Shown here: one piece after another, positions 11,971-21,326 of the stretch | How positions within the stretch are numbered: the first letter of the stretch is position 1 | Layout of the letters: each line of letters opens with the position of its first letter | Origin: an uncultured Chloroflexia bacterium | GTDB lineage: Bacteria > Chloroflexota > Limnocylindria > Limnocylindrales > CSP1-4 | Direction: 5' to 3' | DNA: 64,000 bases | NCBI GenBank assembly: GCA_963696045.1 | Contig: CAVOIR010000011.1 | Location: 53,412 to 117,411, forward strand | The notes under the pieces: generated by a model | What the model was told of the DNA's origin: nothing | The model's database searches: none | What the model saw: only the letters and a program-made list of their open reading frames with translations | Made by a program: the position numbers and the translations under genes

Positions 11971-12999
11971 CTACGTCCCCTGGTAGCGGATGCGGTGACA
12001 CAGGGCCGCTGGCGGATCGTGGCTCAACCGCGCCATCACTTCAGGGAGCTCCTCGAACGGGCTCTCACCCGTGATCAGCGCGTCAAGCTCGGGCGCCCGC
12101 AGGAGCTCCAGGGCCAGGCCCATCCGTCTGGCTCGAGTCCAACGCGGGGCTCGGTCAGGGGGATCCGCCCGACCTGGCTGCTTCGCAGAGTCAGACGCCT
12201 CGAGTGGAAGGCCTCACCCAGCGGCAGGGACACGCTTTGCCTGCCATACCAGCTGGCCTCGACGACCGTGCTCTCGACACCGGCGATGAGCAACGCGGCA
12301 CGCAGCCCATCAGCATGCCCGCTGGCATGGACCACGACGTCCGCATCCGCGCCCAGCGGCGGCTCGGTGACGAGCGGGATGTCCATCGCACGGGCCGCTG
12401 GCGCACGCTCCGGGATCGGGGTCGACGACCGTCACCGCGGCACCAGGTACGCGCCGACACAGCCACGCGACGAGCAGCCCGACGACTCCTGCGCCGATCA
12501 CCACGATGCGGTCTCCGACCGTGGGCTTCGCGTCCCACACGATGGTGACGGCCGACTCCATGTTGGCAGCCAGCACCGCCCGACCCGGGGGCACGTCCGG
12601 TGGGATGGGCGCCACCTCGTCGGCGGGAACGCAGTACACGTCCTGATGGGGGAACAGGCAGAACACGGTGCGGCCCACCAGATCGCTCGACGCTGAGTCT
12701 TCCAGGACCTCGCCGACACTCGCGTATCCGTACTTCACCGGACCGGGGAACTGGCCTTCCTGGAACGGCGCACGCATGGCGAGATACTGGGAAGGCGGCA
12801 CTTCCCCCCGAAACACGAGCGCTTCGGTCCCGCGGCTGATCCCCGAGTAGACCGCCCGCACCAGCACCTGCCCCGGCTGCCTCGGGGCAAGGTCGGCCTC
12901 CACGATCTCTCCACGACCCGGGACCTGGATCCAGAACTGTCGCGACGTCAAGGGCTTCGACATGGGAGGACGCCCGGCGGGGTTTGTCAGCCGCCGCAT
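11971..12999 (-). CDS. zinc-type MDR-family alcohol dehydrogenase; split into 3 frames
   Basis: N-terminus in ORF 12310-12999 (QVLVRAVYSGISRGTEALVFRGE...GPVKYGYASVGEV; Rossmann GAGVVGLLVAW). Middle in ORF 12075-12386. C-terminal end translated by hand to ...PFEELPEVMARLSHDPPAALCHRIRYQGT with stop at 11971-11973. Confidence 0.6.
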
Positions 13000-13145
13000 T
13001 GTAGGTCCTGCACGGGGCGCCCCTTGGCCGACCTCGCGTAGGCTGTCAGCTGCGGGATGGTGGCGCTGTCAATTCACGTCGCCCCCGTTCGTCGTTGGGG
13101 TGATGGCGGCATGAGGTCGCCACGAGAGAGGTCAAGGAGCAGGTC

Positions 13146-13580
13146 ATGAAGTACGCGATCCTCATCTACGACGAGAACACGGCCAACCCCGCCCGCACCC
13201 CCGACCCCGCGGTCTGGGGCCAGGTCATGGCCGAGTACAACGTGTTCACGAAGGCAGATCACCGACGCCGGCATCTACCTGGGCGGCGAGGCGCTCCAGC
13301 CGCAACCCGACGGCGACGACCGTGCGCGTCCGCGACGGCAGGACGATGACGACCGACGGTCCCTTCGCCGAGACCAAGGAGGGCCTGGGCGGCTTCTACC
13401 TCATCGACGTGCCGCGACCTCGACGAGGCGCTCGCGTGGGCGGCCAAGTGCCCGGGCTCCTGGTACGGGACGCGTCGAGGTGCGACCGGTCGTGGACTTC
13501 GAGCGAGTACGACCCATCCGCGAGCCCAGGCCAGCGACCGTCGGCGGCGACCTGACGCACGTCCGGCCGCGCGACGCGTG
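13146..13580 (+). CDS. YciI-like (YCII-related) protein; 2 frameshifts
   Basis: MKYAILIYDENTANPARTPDPAVWGQVMAEYNVFTK in the first frame, then VRVRDGRTMTTDGPFAETKEGLGGFYLIDV in ORF 13322-13555, ending ...THVRPRDA with stop at 13578-13580. Confidence 0.55.
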
Positions 13581-14844
13581 ACCGGCGCCGTCACGCCCGG
13601 AGCTCGTCGACCGCCTGTTCCGCGAGGAGTCGGGACGGGCGGTCGCGACGCTCATCCGCCAGACCGGCGACTTCGACATCGCCGAGGAGGCCGTCCAGGA
13701 CGCCTTCGTCGCGGCGCTCGAACGGTGGCCGCGGGACGGGCTGCCCGGCCAGCCCGGCGCGTGGATCACCACGACGGCCCGCAATCGGGCCATCGACCGC
13801 CTCCGTCGGCATCGACGCCTGGCCGAGAAGGCCGAGCGGCTGCCGCGCGAGGCGGTCATCGAGGCCGAGCGCGAGCCGATGTCGAGGCCATCGTCGTCGC
13901 GCGCGAGGAGGCGGACCACCCCATCGTGGACGACCGACTGCGGCTCATCTTCACCTGCTGCCACCCGGCGCTGGCGCTCGATGCCCGCGTCGCGCTGACC
14001 CTCCGGACGCTGGGCGGCCTGCAGACGCCGCGATCGCCCGCGCGTTCCTCGTGCCGGAGCCGACGCTCGCGCAGCGCCTCGTCCGCGCCAAGCGCAAGAT
14101 CCGCGACGCCGGCATCCCCTATCGCGTACCGCCCGACCACCTCCTCCCCGAGCGCCTCGATGGCGTCCTGCGGGTCCTCTACCTCATCTTCAACGAGGGC
14201 TACGACGCATCCTCCGGCGACGAGCTCATCCGCACGGACCTGTCGGCCGAGGCCATCCGACTGACCCGCGTCCTCGCGGAGCTCATGCCCGACGAGCCCG
14301 AGGCGCCTGGGCCTGCTTGCGCTGCATGCTGCTGAACGACGCGCGCCGCGCGGCTCGCAGCCGTGACGGGGAGCTCGTGCTCCTCGAGGACCAGGACCGC
14401 TCCCTGTGGGACGGCGCGTGATCGAGGAGGGCCGGCAGCATCTCGAGCGGGCCTGGCGTTGCCCGTGCGCCGGGCCCCTACGCACTCCAGGCCGCCATCG
14501 CGCTCGCCCACGACTCGGCGACGACGTACGCGGACACTGACTGGCAGCGGATCGTCGCGCTCTACGCGACCCTGGCGCTCGTGGAGCCCGGCCCGGTCGT
14601 CGAGCTCAACCGCGCTGCGGCCGAGGCGATGGCGCTTCGTGGCCCCGGACGCGCCCTCGCCCGGATGGACGCCGTCGCGGACGCCCTCGACGACTATCCC
14701 TACCTGCATGCGTCGCGAGCCGACATGCTCCGGCGCCTGGGTCGCCGCGATGAGGCGCTGGTCGCCTACCGCCGGGCCCTCGATCTGACTGGTAACGCGA
14801 GCGAGCGGCGCTTCATCGAGCGGCGCATCAGCGAGCTGACCTGA
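13578..14844 (+). CDS. ECF-type sigma-70 factor with long C-terminal extension (SigJ / DUF6596-like); at least 3 frameshifts
   Basis: GTG start overlaps the upstream stop (GTGA). Region 2: ELVDRLFREESGRAVATLIRQTGDFDIAEEAVQDAFVAALERW...ARNRAIDRLRR (an extra C in a CCC run at about 13598 breaks the frame). DDRLRLIFTCCHPALALDARVALTLRTLGGL is in ORF 13578-14264. Region 4 is in 14051-14335. The C-terminus is in 14581-14844. Confidence 0.6.
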
Positions 14845-14868
14845 GCCTGACCCTCACGGACCCGTCCA

Positions 14869-15519
14869 TCAGGTCCGAGGCTCCGCACGGCGCCCGCGCA
14901 GCACTCGGTGGATCGCCCGCGCCGGCACGCCCAGGTAGAGCGCGATGATGAGATAGAGCCCGACACCGATGGCGGGGAACAGATAGCCGACCGGGATGGC
15001 CACCCCGTAGAAGGCCAGGCTCACCGGTGCCATCGAGGCCCGTAGATGCTCTTCTGGCACACCTTCCTTGACGAGACGTCGACCCTCGATCCCGTAGCGT
15101 GCGAACGCGACCATGGCCAGATCGAGGAGCAGAAGCACGATCCCGTAGAAGAGCACGGCGACCTGCTCCGCCTCGCGCACGCTGATGAACTCCCCGATGA
15201 GCTTGGTCGGGAAGGGCAGAAAGGCAGCGAGCAGGAGCACCACGAGGTTGATGCGGAAGAGGATCGAGTCGCCGGTGCGCAGCATGGCGGTGACAGCTGA
15301 GTGGCGCAGCCACATGACGCCGATGGTCATGAAGCTGGTGAGGTAGGCGAGGTAGGCGGGCCACTCGGCCAGGATCGCGGCGCCGAGGTCCTCGTGAGCC
15401 GTTTCGGAGACGCTCAGCTCGATGACGAGGAGCGTGATGGCGATGGCGAAGACACCATCGCTGAATGCCTCGAGCCGCCCGAGCGGCAGCTCATCCTCGT
15501 CCCGCCTGTCGTTCCGCAT
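14869..15519 (-). CDS. TMEM175-family potassium channel (DUF1211)
   Basis: Intact. RLEAFSDGVFAIAITLLVIEL matches the TMEM175 helix-1 signature (the family RxxxFSD motif). About 6 TM. Confidence 0.75.
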   Translation of the reverse strand: MRNDRRDEDELPLGRLEAFSDGVFAIAITLLVIELSVSETAHEDLGAAILAEWPAYLAYLTSFMTIGVMWLRHSAVTAMLRTGDSILFRINLVVLLLAAFLPFPTKLIGEFISVREAEQVAVLFYGIVLLLLDLAMVAFARYGIEGRRLVKEGVPEEHLRASMAPVSLAFYGVAIPVGYLFPAIGVGLYLIIALYLGVPARAIHRVLRGRRAEPRT

Positions 15520-15563
15520 CTCACCTCAGCCTGACGAGACGCTCGAGCCCCGCCAAACCGTGG

Positions 15564-15974
15564 TCAGGTTGGTCGTCGGACCGGTGCCCGATACTCCGCG
15601 TCCGTGACCTGGCCGCCCCACTCGATCTCCGGGCCCTCGGCTGGCGTTTCCGACATCGCGAGGTGGGTCATGAAGTGCTCCGGCGCAGCGCCATGCCAGT
15701 GCCATTCGCCAGGCGCCGTGTGGACCGTGTCGCCGGCCACGATCTCGAGGAGCACTCCGCCACGGGCCTGGCATCGGCCGACGCCGTCCGTGACGTGCAG
15801 TGTCTGGCCCATGGCATGCGCGTGCCACGCGTTCCGTGCGCCAGGTGCGAAGCGTACGAGGTTGACCCTGATCCGCGACGGTGCCTCGCCTCGGGCGAGG
15901 ACGTCGTACCAGGCATCCCCGGTGAAGGTCTCCGCGGATGCCCTGGAGGATGGCTGTCTTGGCTGGAGCTTCAT
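15564..15974 (-). CDS. cupin-domain protein
   Basis: MKLQPRQP...RVNLVRFAPGARNAWHAHAMGQTLHVTDGVGRCQARGGVLLEIVAGDTVHTAPGEWHWHGAAPEHFMTHLAM is a cupin two-His motif pair. Confidence 0.65.
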   Translation of the reverse strand: MKLQPRQPSSRASAETFTGDAWYDVLARGEAPSRIRVNLVRFAPGARNAWHAHAMGQTLHVTDGVGRCQARGGVLLEIVAGDTVHTAPGEWHWHGAAPEHFMTHLAMSETPAEGPEIEWGGQVTDAEYRAPVRRPT

Positions 15975-16278
15975 GTCACGCACTCCTTGGAGCCTTGTGT
16001 ACAGGGCCGACAGCGTAGCCGCCGCCGGCTCCACGCGTCTTCACCGCCGTCCACGGGCGTGGAGGAGAACGGATGCAGTGCGCATGCGGGACGGCAAGAT
16101 CCGAGACGTGAGACCGACGCTCGAGGCGACTGCGCCGGCCCCGTCGGGATACGGCGCCGCACGGTCGGCGTCGCTCCCGCCTGAAGATAGCGGGCCGACC
16201 TCGATCGGCTGGCGGCGATACGCGTCGGAAGCGGCCCGCAGGGTCCGGCGCGTCCTGTGATTGCGGCGGGATCCGCAG

Positions 16279-17172
16279 CTAGGACTCGACGTGCAGACAG
16301 ATGGCCTTGGTATGGAAGACGAGGTCCGTGTCGTCGAGGTTCTCCATGCGGACGAACCAGTCGAGCCCGAGCGGGGATCGCGGGGCATTCGTGTTCACGC
16401 GGTACTGGTGCCCCTCGAACTCCGAGCTGACGGCGTAGCCGCCGCCGGTCAGGAGATCGCCTTCGTTGCAGGAAGCTGGCAACGTCCGCAACCGACCGGG
16501 CCGGACGAGCTCCTCGGTCTCCACGAGGTATGTGGTGATCAGCGGTGTGGCGGCAGGGGTGCCCGGCTCGCCCTGCGGACCTGGCTCGCCCTGCGGCACC
16601 TGGCTCACCCTGGGCGACCCTGCGGCCCGGCCTCGCCCTGAGGACCCGGCTCGCCCTGCGGCCCGGCCTCGCCCTGCGGACCCGGCTCGCCCTGCGGCCC
16701 TGGCTCGCCCTGCGCTCCAGCCGCCCCGTCGGCACCAGCAGGCCCCTGCGGTCCCGGCTCGCCCTGCGGACCTGGTTCACCCTGCGCTCCGGGCTCGCCC
16801 TGCGGACCTGGTTCACCCTGCGGACCTGGCTTCACCCTGCGCTCCGGGCTCGCCCTGCGGACCTGGCTCGCCCTGGGGTCCGGGATCCCCCTGCGCTCCG
16901 GGCTCGCCCTGCGGCCCGAGCTCGCTGAACTGGATCTGGGTCGCGTCATCTGCGCATGGCCGGGCCGGCTCCGCTCCCTCCGCCACGTTGACAAGGAGGC
17001 CCGCCGGGCTGATGCAGCCCGAGTAGGTGACGCCGTTCGCGGCGACCGGCCCGCCGCTTCCGATGAGCGTCGCGACGACAGCCACGGCTGGCAACAGACC
17101 GGCGAACCGCCCACCAGGCAGCCTGACGGACCTTCCCTTCGAGACGCTCACGGTGCCCTCCCTTGCGACCAT
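16279..17172 (-). CDS. collagen-like triple-helix repeat protein (signal peptide, about 45 Gly-X-Y triplets GEPGPQ, about 95-aa C-terminal globular domain); repeat region assembled in mixed frames
   Basis: N-terminus [47 protein letters not shown]...[22 protein letters not shown] (ORF 16813-17421). [12 protein letters not shown] repeats in ORF 16605-17114. C-terminal domain ...[47 protein letters not shown]...ICLHVES ends at 16279. Confidence 0.6.
16560..16930. repeat. 18-bp-period tandem repeat (GGCTCGCCCTGCGGACCN on plus strand), coding, not CRISPR
   Basis: About 20 consecutive near-identical 18-mers are visible directly. They encode GEPGPQ on the minus strand. Confidence 0.8.
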
Positions 17173-17257
17173 CCTGATGATGACCCGATGAGTATCCACG
17201 ATGCCCGTCGCCGTGGGTAGGCGATCCAGCGGGTCGGTGGGCATATGGACTCGACAG

Positions 17258-18448
17258 TCATCCGCCAGCCATGGCCCTCCCGCCCTCCGGGCTGCTCTCC
17301 GCGACGGCCTGCTCGATCTCGTCGACCGGAGGCGGCAGCGCCTCGGCCGGCCGGACGTGGTCCAGCCAGGCCGTGAACAGCGATGCGACCGCCGCGAGGA
17401 TGGGGACGCCGAAGACGGCACCGAGAGGCCCGGCGACGGCGCTGCCCGCGAACACGGCGAACAGCACGACCAGCGGGTTGAGTCCGACGGCCGAGCCCAT
17501 GACCCGCGGCGAGATGACGTTCTGGATGAGCAGCCAGCCGACGGCCATGACCGCCACCACTGGCACCATCTGGTCGGGTGCGAAGACGAAGGTCACGAGG
17601 ACGAGCGGGATCCAGGAGACGAGCTGCCCGAAGAAGGGGATCGTCTGGAGCAGCATCGTGGTGACCCCGATGAACGGGACGAACGGGATGCCCAGCAGGA
17701 CCGCCAGGGCCCCGACGAAGACGCCGTAGAGGAAGGCCAGGCCGAACTGACCGCGGATGAAGCCGCCGAAGGAGCGATGGATGGCGAGGGTGAGCGCGTC
17801 GTAGAGCGGCAGCCTGTCGGGCGGGATGATGCGGCGCGTGAAGACGAGGAGGCTGGCCTTGCTGGCGACCATCACGGCGGCGATGAAGACGATCGTCGTC
17901 CCGATGGTCACGACCGTGAGGCCGCCCCCGAGCGCCCCGGCAAGGATGTCCTCGAGCTCCCTCCGGGCGCTGGCGACGAGGTCGTCGACGAGCTGGATGA
18001 CGTCGATGCCGAGGCCTACCTCGATCGCCCAGGCCTGGAACTCCGTGAGGGACGCACGGAAGGTCTCACTCACCAGGGGACCCTGCTCGACGACCTGGCC
18101 AAGCGAATCCGCGAATGAGAGTGCGATCACGCCCAAGATGACGATGGCTGCGCCCGCGACGAGCACGAAGATCAGGGCCACGGCCGGCCCCCGGGTGATG
18201 CGCGGAACGTGGTCCACGAGCCAGGTGACCATCGGATCGAGCAGGAATGCCAGCAGCCAGCCGATGAAGAACATGATGGCGACCACCCGGAACGGTGGCC
18301 ACATGTCGCGCACGAGGGCGACGGTCATCAGCGTGAGGACCACCGGGGCCAGGTAGATGCCGACCGAGATCGCGCGTCGCTCGCGGGCGCTCAGCGCCAG
18401 CCCGCCAGGCCCCTGCGCATCGGAGGACCGCCGCTCCTTGGTCGCCAT
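17258..18448 (-). CDS. AI-2E family transporter (PerM/YhhT, UPF0118)
   Basis: Intact. 8-TM profile. The conserved C-terminal region (PFFGQLVSWIPLVLV, GLNPLVVLFAVFAGSAVAGPLGAVFGVPILAA) is typical of AI-2E. Confidence 0.8.
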   Translation of the reverse strand: MATKERRSSDAQGPGGLALSARERRAISVGIYLAPVVLTLMTVALVRDMWPPFRVVAIMFFIGWLLAFLLDPMVTWLVDHVPRITRGPAVALIFVLVAGAAIVILGVIALSFADSLGQVVEQGPLVSETFRASLTEFQAWAIEVGLGIDVIQLVDDLVASARRELEDILAGALGGGLTVVTIGTTIVFIAAVMVASKASLLVFTRRIIPPDRLPLYDALTLAIHRSFGGFIRGQFGLAFLYGVFVGALAVLLGIPFVPFIGVTTMLLQTIPFFGQLVSWIPLVLVTFVFAPDQMVPVVAVMAVGWLLIQNVISPRVMGSAVGLNPLVVLFAVFAGSAVAGPLGAVFGVPILAAVASLFTAWLDHVRPAEALPPPVDEIEQAVAESSPEGGRAMAGG

Positions 18449-18550
18449 CCTCTCACCTGCCTCCCGGTCGATCAGCATCGACCCCCGCACCCACAACTAT
18501 ATGTCGGTCGTTTCGCCCGACCAGGCTTCCATCCCGCGCGCCGATGTGTA

Positions 18551-19987
18551 TCAGGGCGACAGTGGCACCCTCTCGATGACGACCTCGCAGCCGATGGTCG
18601 TGTCCGACGCATCGACGACGGCGCGATCGCGCTCGCCCGGCCCGCAGTCGATGACGTCCGGGCTGCCATCCAGCCATGCCTCGACGATGTCGTTGCCCCG
18701 ACCGGACCGGATGTCGTCCTCTCCGCCGCCGCCCCGGACGACATCTCGTCCGCGACCAGCGGTGAGCGTGTCGTTGCCGCCGCGCCCCACGAGGAGGTCG
18801 TGACCGGCGGTGCCCGACAGCCGGTCGGCTCCGGCCGTCCCGATGACCTCGGGTCCGCCAGCGATCGACCGGGCTGCACGTTCGGTCCGTGCCCGGAGGC
18901 CGCTGGCAGCATCGAGCTCGGTGCTCAACAGCACGTAGTCGCCGCCGCCGGCCGATGCCGAGCTTGCCGATGCGGGCGGACCAGTGCGGGTCGCGGGCCG
19001 CGGCCCATCGGCAGCGGGACCGACGCCCATCGCCAGGGTCGATAGGCCGATGGCCAGGACACAGGCCACCAGCGCGACCGGGGCCCTCGTCACGGGCGCG
19101 TCCGAGAGGATCCTCCGGAGCCGGCGCTCGAGGGTGTCGGCCGCATCGATGCCGGTGGCCAGGGACGGCGAGCGTGACGACGGCCCGGCCAGCAGCTCGA
19201 TGACCGCCAGCAGGGCCCGGGCGTACGAGCGAGGTGCGCCGCCCAGACGCCTGACGACGAGGGCGTCACAGGCGACCTCCTCGGCGAGCCGCAGGTCGCG
19301 GCGCGCCCACCACACGACGGGGTTCCACCAGAAGGCCACGCAGGCGAGCCACTCCAGCCAGCGGACCAGGTGGTCCCGGCGTTTCACGTGCGCCAGCTCG
19401 TGGGCGAGGACCCAGCACAGCTGCTCGGCCGGCACGCTGCCGATGAGCGCGCCCGGGAGGACGATCCGCACGCGACGGCCCAGCCACCACGTCAGCGGCG
19501 ACAAGTGCGCGCTTGACAGCAAGATGGTCGGCGCCGACCGGAGCCCGAGCCGCCGGGCTGCCTCGGCCGCCAGGTGCAGGACATCGTCCGGTGCGTCCGT
19601 CGAGGTGCTGCGCACGAGCCGGTCGAAGGCACGGATGCGGAGCACGGAGATGACCAGGACGAGGCCGCTTCCGAAGGCCCAGGCGAGGATGAGCAGGCTG
19701 GTCCCGGGTCCGGCGAGCCAGCCAGCGAGCGCCTCCCAGACCGAGAGCCCCGTGGCCGCCGCGATGGCCGGGGTGCCACTCGGGTCCCCGGTGACGGCCT
19801 GATCCGGCCCCGGCAGGAGGGGCAGGACGACGATCGGCGGCGTGACGACCTTGAGGAGCACGAGCACCCAGAGCGCGTGGGCGAGAGTGGGATAGCGGCC
19901 GCGCCGGTGGACCAGCGAGGCGAGCACGGCGAGGAGAGCCGAGAGGACGAGGTTGCTGAAGGCCACCTGCGCGAGCAGGCTCGTCAT
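18551..19987 (-). CDS. BlaR1-family M56 peptidase signal transducer with C-terminal RTX-type calcium-binding repeat (beta-roll) domain instead of a penicillin-binding sensor
   Basis: Intact 478 aa. 4 TM plus HExxH (VLAHELAHVKRRDHL), then a TM, then GTAGADRLSGTAGHDLLVGRGGNDTLTAGRGRDVVRGGGGEDDIRSGRGNDIV...VIDCGPGERDRAVVDASDTTIGCEVV. Confidence 0.75.
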   Translation of the reverse strand: MTSLLAQVAFSNLVLSALLAVLASLVHRRGRYPTLAHALWVLVLLKVVTPPIVVLPLLPGPDQAVTGDPSGTPAIAAATGLSVWEALAGWLAGPGTSLLILAWAFGSGLVLVISVLRIRAFDRLVRSTSTDAPDDVLHLAAEAARRLGLRSAPTILLSSAHLSPLTWWLGRRVRIVLPGALIGSVPAEQLCWVLAHELAHVKRRDHLVRWLEWLACVAFWWNPVVWWARRDLRLAEEVACDALVVRRLGGAPRSYARALLAVIELLAGPSSRSPSLATGIDAADTLERRLRRILSDAPVTRAPVALVACVLAIGLSTLAMGVGPAADGPRPATRTGPPASASSASAGGGDYVLLSTELDAASGLRARTERAARSIAGGPEVIGTAGADRLSGTAGHDLLVGRGGNDTLTAGRGRDVVRGGGGEDDIRSGRGNDIVEAWLDGSPDVIDCGPGERDRAVVDASDTTIGCEVVIERVPLSP

Positions 19988-20391
19988 CGGCCGCCCCTTC
20001 GTGGCGCGGCGTCCTCGTCCAGGATCCGGCGCAGGCGCTCGATCTCCGTCCTCGAGAGGCGCCGCTCCTCGATGAGGTGCGTCACGAGGGGCGCCAGCGA
20101 CCCCCCGGTGAGCCGCTGGGCGAGCGACTCGAGCTGGCCTGCCGCGTAGTCCTCCCGCGTCATGGTCGAGGCGAAGAGCTGCACGCCGAGGTCCCGCTGG
20201 CGGCGGACGAAGCCCTTGTCCTCGAGCCGCTGCAGCAGCCGCTGGACCGTGCCGTGCTGGGCCTTCTCGGATCCGGGGTAGAGCCGCTCGCGGACGCGGC
20301 GGGCGGTCAGCGGACCCTCATCCCAGAGCAGCTCCATGACCGAGAGCTCGGCGTTGGCGAGGGCGGGTCTCATCACCATCCGGGCCATCAT
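19984..20391 (-). CDS. BlaI/MecI/CopY-family transcriptional repressor
   Basis: ELSVMELLWDEGPLTARRVRERLYPGSEKAQHGTVQRLLQRLEDKGFVRRQRD is a winged-helix penicillinase-repressor fold. The stop overlaps the blaR1 start (ATGA). Confidence 0.8.
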   Translation of the reverse strand: MMARMVMRPALANAELSVMELLWDEGPLTARRVRERLYPGSEKAQHGTVQRLLQRLEDKGFVRRQRDLGVQLFASTMTREDYAAGQLESLAQRLTGGSLAPLVTHLIEERRLSRTEIERLRRILDEDAAPRRGGR

Positions 20392-20400
20392 ACCCGCGGG

Positions 20401-20457
20401 ACGACAGCTTGTCGTGCATCAACGACAGATTGTCGTAGACATACGACAACTTGTCGT
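20401..20457. promoter_or_regulatory. operator array: three 15-bp dyads ACGACA-N3-TGTCGT at 20401-20415, 20422-20436 and 20443-20457 (21-bp phasing)
   Basis: Read directly. Locally AT-richer sequence in the divergent region, 10-66 bp upstream of the blaI start and 57 bp upstream of the RTX gene start. It resembles the TACGAC...GTCGTA-type dyads of actinobacterial BlaI. Confidence 0.6.
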
Positions 20458-20513
20458 ATATCCTTGCGGACGCTCCCACCCGGGAGGCTCCAAGCCAAGG
20501 AGGAAGGGTCCGA

Positions 20514-21242
20514 TGCCAAAGCGGAGACAGCTCATCGTCACGGTCGCTCTCGCCACGCTCCTGGTGGCGGTTCTCGCGCCAGGCGCGGCCGCTCACCCAG
20601 GGCACCGCATGCGCCTGCGCGCGTTCGACAACATCTGGATCGACCTGAAGAACGCCGGCGTCTTCACGGCGGCCCCCGGCGACCGCGACCTCATCGTCGG
20701 ACTGGGAGGAGACGACATCCTCGCGGCCGGCGACCTGCACGACCACGTCCTGGGCGGTCCCGGTGACGACACCATCGATGGCGGCCCCGGGCCCGACCGT
20801 CTCGTGGGCGGCAGGGGAGATGACGGCATCCTCGGCGAGGCTCTCCCGAGCGCCATCGCCACCGACCCCCGCGATCCGACTGTCCGGCCCGGTCCATGCC
20901 CACGACGAGCTGTTCGGCGGCTACGGCGCCGACCGCCTCAGTGGCGGCCTGGGGCCCGATCACGTCCGCGGTGGTCCTGGGGACGACACCCTCGACGGGG
21001 GCGATGGTCGAGACTGGATCCGCGGCGGGCTCGGCAACGACTCGCTCACGGGCGGGCCGGGCCTCGACTTCCTGGCCGCCGGTCCCGGTGACGACACCAT
21101 CCTGGCCGCCGACGACGGCCCCGACTGGCTTCGCTGCGGCGCTGGCATCGATTCGTACACGGCCGATGCGCGCGACCGCGTCGCGCGGAGCTGCGAGAAC
21201 CCCATCCCCGCCACGACCGAGGGCACCGCGACGATCGACTGA
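20514..21242 (+). CDS. secreted RTX (hemolysin-type calcium-binding) repeat protein; one frameshift near 20880
   Basis: MPKRRQLIVTVALATLLVAVLAPGAAAHPG signal peptide. GGxGxD nonapeptide repeats (GLGGDDILAAGDLHDHVLGGPGDDTIDGGPGPDRLVGGRGDDGILG, then in ORF 20763-21242 GGYGADRLSGGLGPDHVRGGPGDDTLDGGDGRDWIRGGLGNDSLTGGPGLDFL). C-terminus WLRCGAGIDSYTADARDRVARSCENP. Confidence 0.65.
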
Positions 21243-21326
21243 GCCGCCCTCGACGCGAACCACCGCAGCGCCGGGCCCCCTGCCCGGCGCTCCCGATCGT
21301 GCTCGGCCCCGCTACAGTCAGCGTCG

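Noticed and set aside
16560-16930. Regular 18-bp periodicity that could be mistaken for a CRISPR-like or satellite array
   Set aside because: Repeats are contiguous with no spacers and encode Gly-X-Y triplets in frame with flanking signal-peptide and C-terminal domains. It is a collagen-like coding repeat.
18497-18520. Short hairpin GGTCG-ggcgaaa-CGACC after the blaR1 stop (minus strand)
   Set aside because: It is a 5-bp stem with no U-tract. That is too weak to call a terminator with confidence.
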